Shown: piece after piece, positions 58,690-64,000 of the stretch
How positions within the stretch are numbered: the first letter of the stretch is position 1
How the letters are laid out: each line of letters starts with the position of its first letter
Assembly (NCBI GenBank): GCA_965645245.1
Contig: OZ287068.1
Span: forward strand, 3,534,001 to 3,598,000
DNA from: Massalongia carnosa
Lineage: Eukaryota
Reading direction: 5' to 3'
DNA: 64,000 nucleotides
Program-made: the position numbers and the translations under genes
Notes under the pieces: model-generated
What the model was told of the DNA's origin: nothing
The model's input: the letters and a program-made list of their open reading frames with translations, nothing else
Database searches by the model: none

Positions 58690-58931
58690 TTTCACGGTTT
58701 TACTCGACACTACTTCGGTACCAGACTATCGAACTAGCTACTTCGGATCTAACTCTCGAGCTCGAGTTTAGGCTGACATAAGCGGAATAAGCTGCGGTTG
58801 AGTCGGTTGAGGACTAGTGGCCGCTGGACTATATAGAGGCGAGATTTGTCTTTCGATTTTGCTTTTCTTCTTTATCTTGATTGTTTTCGTTTCTAGTATC
58901 CCTATAGACTAGATCTAGGTAGACAATAACA
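58690..58931. mobile_element. Solo LTR (242 bp) in Gypsy 3 protease
   Basis: TSD gtagg; ends ..TAACA; removal restores the frame DSIVGVLRIERKHKF. Confidence 0.75.
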
Positions 58932-59249
58932 GTAGGGGTATTGAGGATCGAACGGAAACATAAGTTCGTGGGTGCTGACAGGTTCGGAGTGGATATGATA
59001 CTAGGCCTACCCTGGTTAAATTGGGTGGACCTGGTTATCCGCTGGCATGAGCGCAAATTGTTCCACGTTCGTCGGACCAAAAGTGGCGACGATGAGGCTT
59101 GTCTGCATGAGATTTTACCTCTCGAGACTGAAAGGCCTGTAGACGGGGGGGTTCCCTCCCCCCGAAGTAAAAATACCAGTAGTCAAGCGGACGTAGCGAT
59201 TGTGAGCAGGGACGAAATTTGGGACATTTCTGAAAAAGATAGAGTTCAG

Positions 59250-59715
59250 TATCATGAAACGGTTTCGAACATAAAGGATCTCGGCCTTATCCGTAGTTGC
59301 CCCCTCTATCCTGTCCCTACCTACCGTACCGCATGTTCATTGGAGCTACCGCAGGTTTATTGGACCTTACGCAGGTTCATTGGAACTACCGCGGGTTCAT
59401 TGGACCTACCGCGGGTTCATTGGACCTACCGCGGGTTCATTGGACCTACCACGGGTTCATTGGACCTACCACGGGTTCATTGGACCTACCGCAGGTTCAT
59501 TAGACCTACAACAGGTTCATTGGTCAGTGCGCACTGTTCCAACCTTTCTCAATGCGGTTAGATCGAGTACGGCTCCGCCTCCGATCTTCGATACCGTAAT
59601 TACCCGGTCCCCATTAGGTGTCTTCGTATTAACTTAGGAAAAAGAGATGAATAGGAGGCATCGAAGATCAAGGAAACAAAGGAGTATTATTATTAAATTC
59701 ATACTCGTTGTGACA
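59250..59715. mobile_element. Probable solo LTR carrying a 20-bp minisatellite
   Basis: TATCA...TGACA with flanking tcag duplication. Confidence 0.55.
59325..59524. repeat. Minisatellite, 10 x 20 bp (cctaccgcgggttcattgga)
   Basis: Direct reading of the sequence. Confidence 0.95.
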
Positions 59716-59959
59716 TCAGCTACAGCCGACCCATGCGAGAAAAGCTATCAAAGTTTCAAAGAAGGAAAACCCTCAACGAGGGGAAAAAACCTTTATCTAT
59801 ATACCTACACGTGATCGCTCGACCTCACTTCGCGATTGCTACGTTACGCCAGCGCAACGTCTACGACACACATGCGTATCAAGAGACTACCTTATGCCTC
59901 TGTTATAACTAGAGTTTGTGACTATCACTACGCGACAGTTAGGGGGAGGAAGAAAGACA

Positions 59960-60396
59960 CTCTATACCTAGCGAAAACTGTGTCAGTAGATTAGTCTGCA
60001 TAAGCCAGCGAGCGGAGGATCGTAAGCCCTTTTCGATGGACAGAAGGCGGCGATAATCCGTCGTTCCGGCGTCTCTGCACATGTTACTTCAGCCGTTAAC
60101 AAACCTGGGGCAGCTGAGTAGCACATACTTGAGCGTCTGGCGTTCCTATCTACAGCTACACGCCGGCGAAACGAACGTGGGAACTCGACGAGAGAAGAGA
60201 TAATCCGCCTAGCTAATACGTTTAGTACGCATTTGAATGATGAGGCTGCTTTCGGATTTGCTGAATTTCTTATGTAATCCCAGTCTCTTTATCGAAAGAC
60301 CCTCAGTAAGCGCAGCGCAGGGATGACAATGATGAGCCGCCTGATACGCGCCCCAGGACTGTTTCCACTGATTGTTGAAGATCTTGGCTAGCCCTC
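59960..60396 (-). mobile_element. 3' fragment of a Tad1-like LINE ORF2
   Basis: KSESSLIIQMRT..YLFSRRVP...SPACSC..RQTLKYVLLSCP..ARWLMQTNLLTQFSL, with stops. Confidence 0.7.
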
Positions 60397-63300
60397 TGTC
60401 CGTCGGAGTGTCCTTTATCGTGTCCGTCAGCAGGCCGGACTCGAGCAATCTGCCTCGTATACCAGTCACGCTTACGCTGAGCCGGCGTAGCGTTGAGGGC
60501 GCGCCGTCGCCTACCGCGCGAGGCAGTCAGCTTGCGCTTAATCTTCTCACAGAATATGAGGGATAAAACGAGTTCAATTTCAATAGCCTAGTTCTACACC
60601 AAAATCTTCAGACGAAGTCTAAAAGCTGTACTCGGGCGGAGTTCTATATAACCCCTGAAAAGTCGGTTCCTCGGCATATTACCTAATCGATGCTAGTCTG
60701 ATGTCAGGTGACCTCAGGACCCTGACACTACCCCTCCTCTGAGACGGCGGCTCCGGACGTCGATGGTTGACTGTTATTCATGAATAGGACATCCTTTGGG
60801 GCGTTGGGTTTTCCTTTATTGTCTGTATGAAATTTTCTGATTTCTTCTTTGGCGCGAATGAAATCAGTCCATGGCTGCCAAGGTGGGTTTGCGTTCCAGT
60901 CATCCCATGAGCCGATATAGGTTGCTTCATACTGAGTGCCGTATTTCTTAGTTTCACGGCAGTCGACGATTTCGAGGACTTCATATTCTTCCTGAGGACT
61001 GGATTCGGCGTCTTCTTGAATCAGTATCGGGGGACCCGGTTCAATAAGTTGACCGGGGAATTGGTTCGTAGGAGCCAGATGAAGTTTCCATGGATGAAAT
61101 ATGGGTGTGAGCCCCACTCTTTTCAAGTGTTCGGGAATTTCCAATTCATAGGCCTTGTTATCTATGTTTCGGATGATTTTTCATGGCCCTGCGTTTTTGG
61201 AACTCAGGGAGCGACTCTGCTTGTCGACGGAGAAATCTTTGGTGTTGACATATACCATGTCTCCTATCTTGTAGTCTGGATGTGGGGCCCGCGACTCATT
61301 GGCATATCTCATTTGATCTGCCTGTGCCTAGGTTAAGTTCTCGATAAGCCATTTGATCATGGCTTCTTGTCGGGCGGTTCTTTTGTCTGCCGACATCAGT
61401 TCCGCGCGTCCGGTGACATTTGAGTCAAAAGGCTGAGGCGGCTCCGAGCCACTATGAGGGTGATAACCGTGATCAGCGAAGAAGGGGGACATTCCGGTTG
61501 AAGCGTTCGTATGATTATTGACTGCAAATTCGGCATCTGGTAAGTAGTCCACCCAGTCGTCTTGAGCATGTCTGACGTATGCTCTCAGGTAGTTCTTCAT
61601 AACCTTATTCGCATTTTCGGTTTGACCATCTGTTTCTGGATGATGCGCGGAGGACGGTTTCGATTTGACTCCTAATCGCTGACAAATTCGCTTCCACAGA
61701 TGGGCTGTCAATTGCGTCCCGCGATCGTGGACGATGGAGTTTGGCAAGCCGTATGTTGAAAAGACCCGACGTTTGAGGACTTCTAGTACGTCCTTCGTGC
61801 CTATATCCACCATAGGTTCGTACAACCTACGTTTGGTCAATATGTCCACGATAACCAAGATATTTTCGTACGTCCGGCCCCGTCTGTGACATTTGGGCAG
61901 TTTGACTACAAAGTCCAGAGATAAGTCTGTCTATTTTCTTTGAGGTATGGGTAGTGGGGCTAATAGTCCCTGTTTCTGATCGTTGTACGCCTTGGACCTT
62001 CGGCATGTAGAGCAGTTAGTAGCGTATCTTCGACAATCATCCTTCATGGACATTCAGAAATAGTTTTCCAGCATTTTGGCATACATGCCTCGATACCCGG
62101 GGTGTCCTTGCATCGGGGGATTATGATGATCCGATAAAAGACGCAGCTTCAGCTTGTCGAAATTCGGAATGAAGAGGCGTGTTTTGTAGTATAGTCTTTC
62201 GTGACGGACTTCCAAGTCACCCATCGCCAGTCTCAGCCCGTTGCTTAGAATTTTATCGGGCAATTTCTTCAGATTTTCCAACTTAGCCTTCATGACTTCC
62301 TGAATCATTGCGTCTTCTTGATATGCCTCCGCTAAAAGATTTTCTAATAATTCATCAGGCTTTTCTGCATCCGAATCATCATTCGAATTGATTGTGAACT
62401 CCTCTACCGTCAAGTCCTCTACTTCCTCATCCCTGATTTGATCGGATGAGTCAGTAGTAATGTTGTCTTCAACCCGTTCTCGATTGGCCATGGATCTGGT
62501 TGTCACGTACAGCTTCAGGTCCTGTTTCACTTCATCGTCCAGCTGATTTTCTTTTAGCAGCACCTGATATTGATATCTGGTGCGATCATCCTCCGCGTCC
62601 ATCGGCAGATCTTGCTCTCTTCTGGTAAGGGCATCCGGTTTGCCCTCTTGCTTGCCTGGTCTATACATAATGCGAAAATTATATTCCGCCAGCATCTCAG
62701 CCCAACGCACTTGACGGCGATTTAGTTGTTTCAAAGTCATGAAGGTCTCCAGATTCTTATGATCTGAGTAGACCTTTGTTGATTGCTCCACTCCCGCTAG
62801 CTCCGGTCTCCAGATGACGAAACTTTCTACGATGGCTAGGAGTTCTTTATCGTAGATCTCATAATTGCATTCGGCGGGGCTCATCTTCTTCGAGAAATAA
62901 GCCACGGGTTTCAGAACGACTTCATGCATCTGAGAGAGTATCCCCGATACTACGAAGTCAGATGCGTCTGTCTCCACCCAGGTCTCTAGCCTTGGGTCGT
63001 AATGAGCAAGAATCGGCGCAGAGGTAAAAGAAATCTTCATGTCTTCGAAAGCTTGCTGACATTCAGTGGTCCACACGAAGTCTTGATACTTGGTGCGTCT
63101 CTTTCCGCCTTTCGTGACATATTGCTCTCCGCGGGTTAGCTCGGTCAGACACTTCACCTTTTCGGAGAATCGCTCAATGAAGCGACGATAGAAGTTAGCG
63201 AATCCAAGAAAGGACTGCACCTCTTTTACTGACGCGGGCGTCTTCCATTCTAATATGGCCGTCACCTTTTCTGGGTCCATTCTAACGCCATTCACCCCCA

Positions 63301-64000
63301 CGAACATTCCGAGGTACTTGACTTCGGAGACAGAGAATTCACACTTGTCTATGTCCAGTTGAAGTCCTCTTTCTTTCAGACGACGAAGTACCTTCAGTAC
63401 CTGCTCGATGTGCTCCGTTTCTGTTTCACTGAACACCAGTACGTCGTCCAGATAGGCGGTGACGAAATAATCTAAGTATTCTCGCAGGGAGTTATTGATA
63501 TAGCTCTGAAATGTTGATGGAGCGTTGCATAGTCCGAAGGGCATCACAAGATATTCAAATTGACCGTATCGAGTATTGAACGCCGTGAGCCACTCTTGTC
63601 CCTCTTTAATCCTCATCCTATTGAATGCATGAATGACGTCCAATTTAGTAAACCACTTTGCTTTGGCGAGTTTCGCCAATATCTCGCTAATCAATGGAAT
63701 GGGGTATCGACTTTTCTCCGTGATATTATTCAGATCTCGATAATCTACGCAAAAGCGAAGACCCCCGCCTGGTTTCCTGACCAATAGTACCGGCGCGGCC
63801 GCCTTTGACGAGCTCGGACGAATAAACCCTTTTGCTAAGTGCTCATCTAGATATTATCTTACCGCGGTCAATTCCTGTTCGGACATGGGCCGAAAACTCT
63901 TGATGAACGGGGGCTCGATCCCGGGCATCAAATTGATTTCGTGATCCTCTTTTCGATGAGGTGCCAACTCGTCTGCCTTAGCCCTCATGAAGACTTCAAT
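60397..64000 (-). mobile_element. Ty3/Gypsy chromovirus (Gypsy 2): 3' LTR ~60397-60726, PPT, pol with chromodomain; runs off the window
   Basis: LRFCVDYR, YLDD, ETDASD, HHPETDGQTE, chromodomain EEYEVLEIVD..WQPW; stops at 62054 and 61328 and a frameshift near 61150. Confidence 0.92.

Larger units (their letters stand above)
49882..59250 (+). mobile_element. Degenerate Gypsy 3 (5' LTR, gag, protease), interrupted by Copia 3 and solo LTRs
   Basis: LTR-like start tgtcagg..cctgaca at 49882 continuing after 56062; gag LRQRPGQTVSQLVSY|LDTLEDQLP; knuckle CWNFGKKGHKKSDC; protease AMIDC..DMILGLPWL. Confidence 0.7.

Noticed and set aside
58941..59637. Repeat-protein genes (LDLPRVHWTY...)
   Set aside because: These are translations of the 20-bp minisatellite.
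1..64000. Heavy RIP
   Set aside because: Several TEs keep long ORFs and near-identical repeats. Only scattered transition-type stops are seen, so strong RIP is not supported without computing indices.

Overview
Filamentous-ascomycete-type genomic DNA (spliceosomal introns, fungal NLR genes), mostly nested transposable elements. These are four tyrosine-recombinase retrotransposons of Ngaro type (one complete with A..BAB split direct repeats), three Ty1/Copia elements, three Ty3/Gypsy elements, an 891-bp non-autonomous TRIM, a PIF/Harbinger relic, a LINE fragment and many solo LTRs with target-site duplications. The main host genes form a fungal innate-immunity locus: a NACHT-ankyrin NLR (22793-25743, minus) lies head-to-head with a SesB-like alpha/beta-hydrolase pseudogene (26084-27634, plus). 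The NLR N-terminus and hydrolase C-terminus share a short motif (F-x2/3-I-x2-N-x-G-V-[VI]-[IM]-G...[KR]-[VI]-x-G-S) that looks like an amyloid-signalling pair, PP-like but lacking the usual Gln core. A second, diverged copy of the NLR 3' end lies at 1-634 in a >2.6-kb inverted duplication enclosing about 18 kb of TEs. All calls come from reading the sequence and ORF track by eye; no searches were run.
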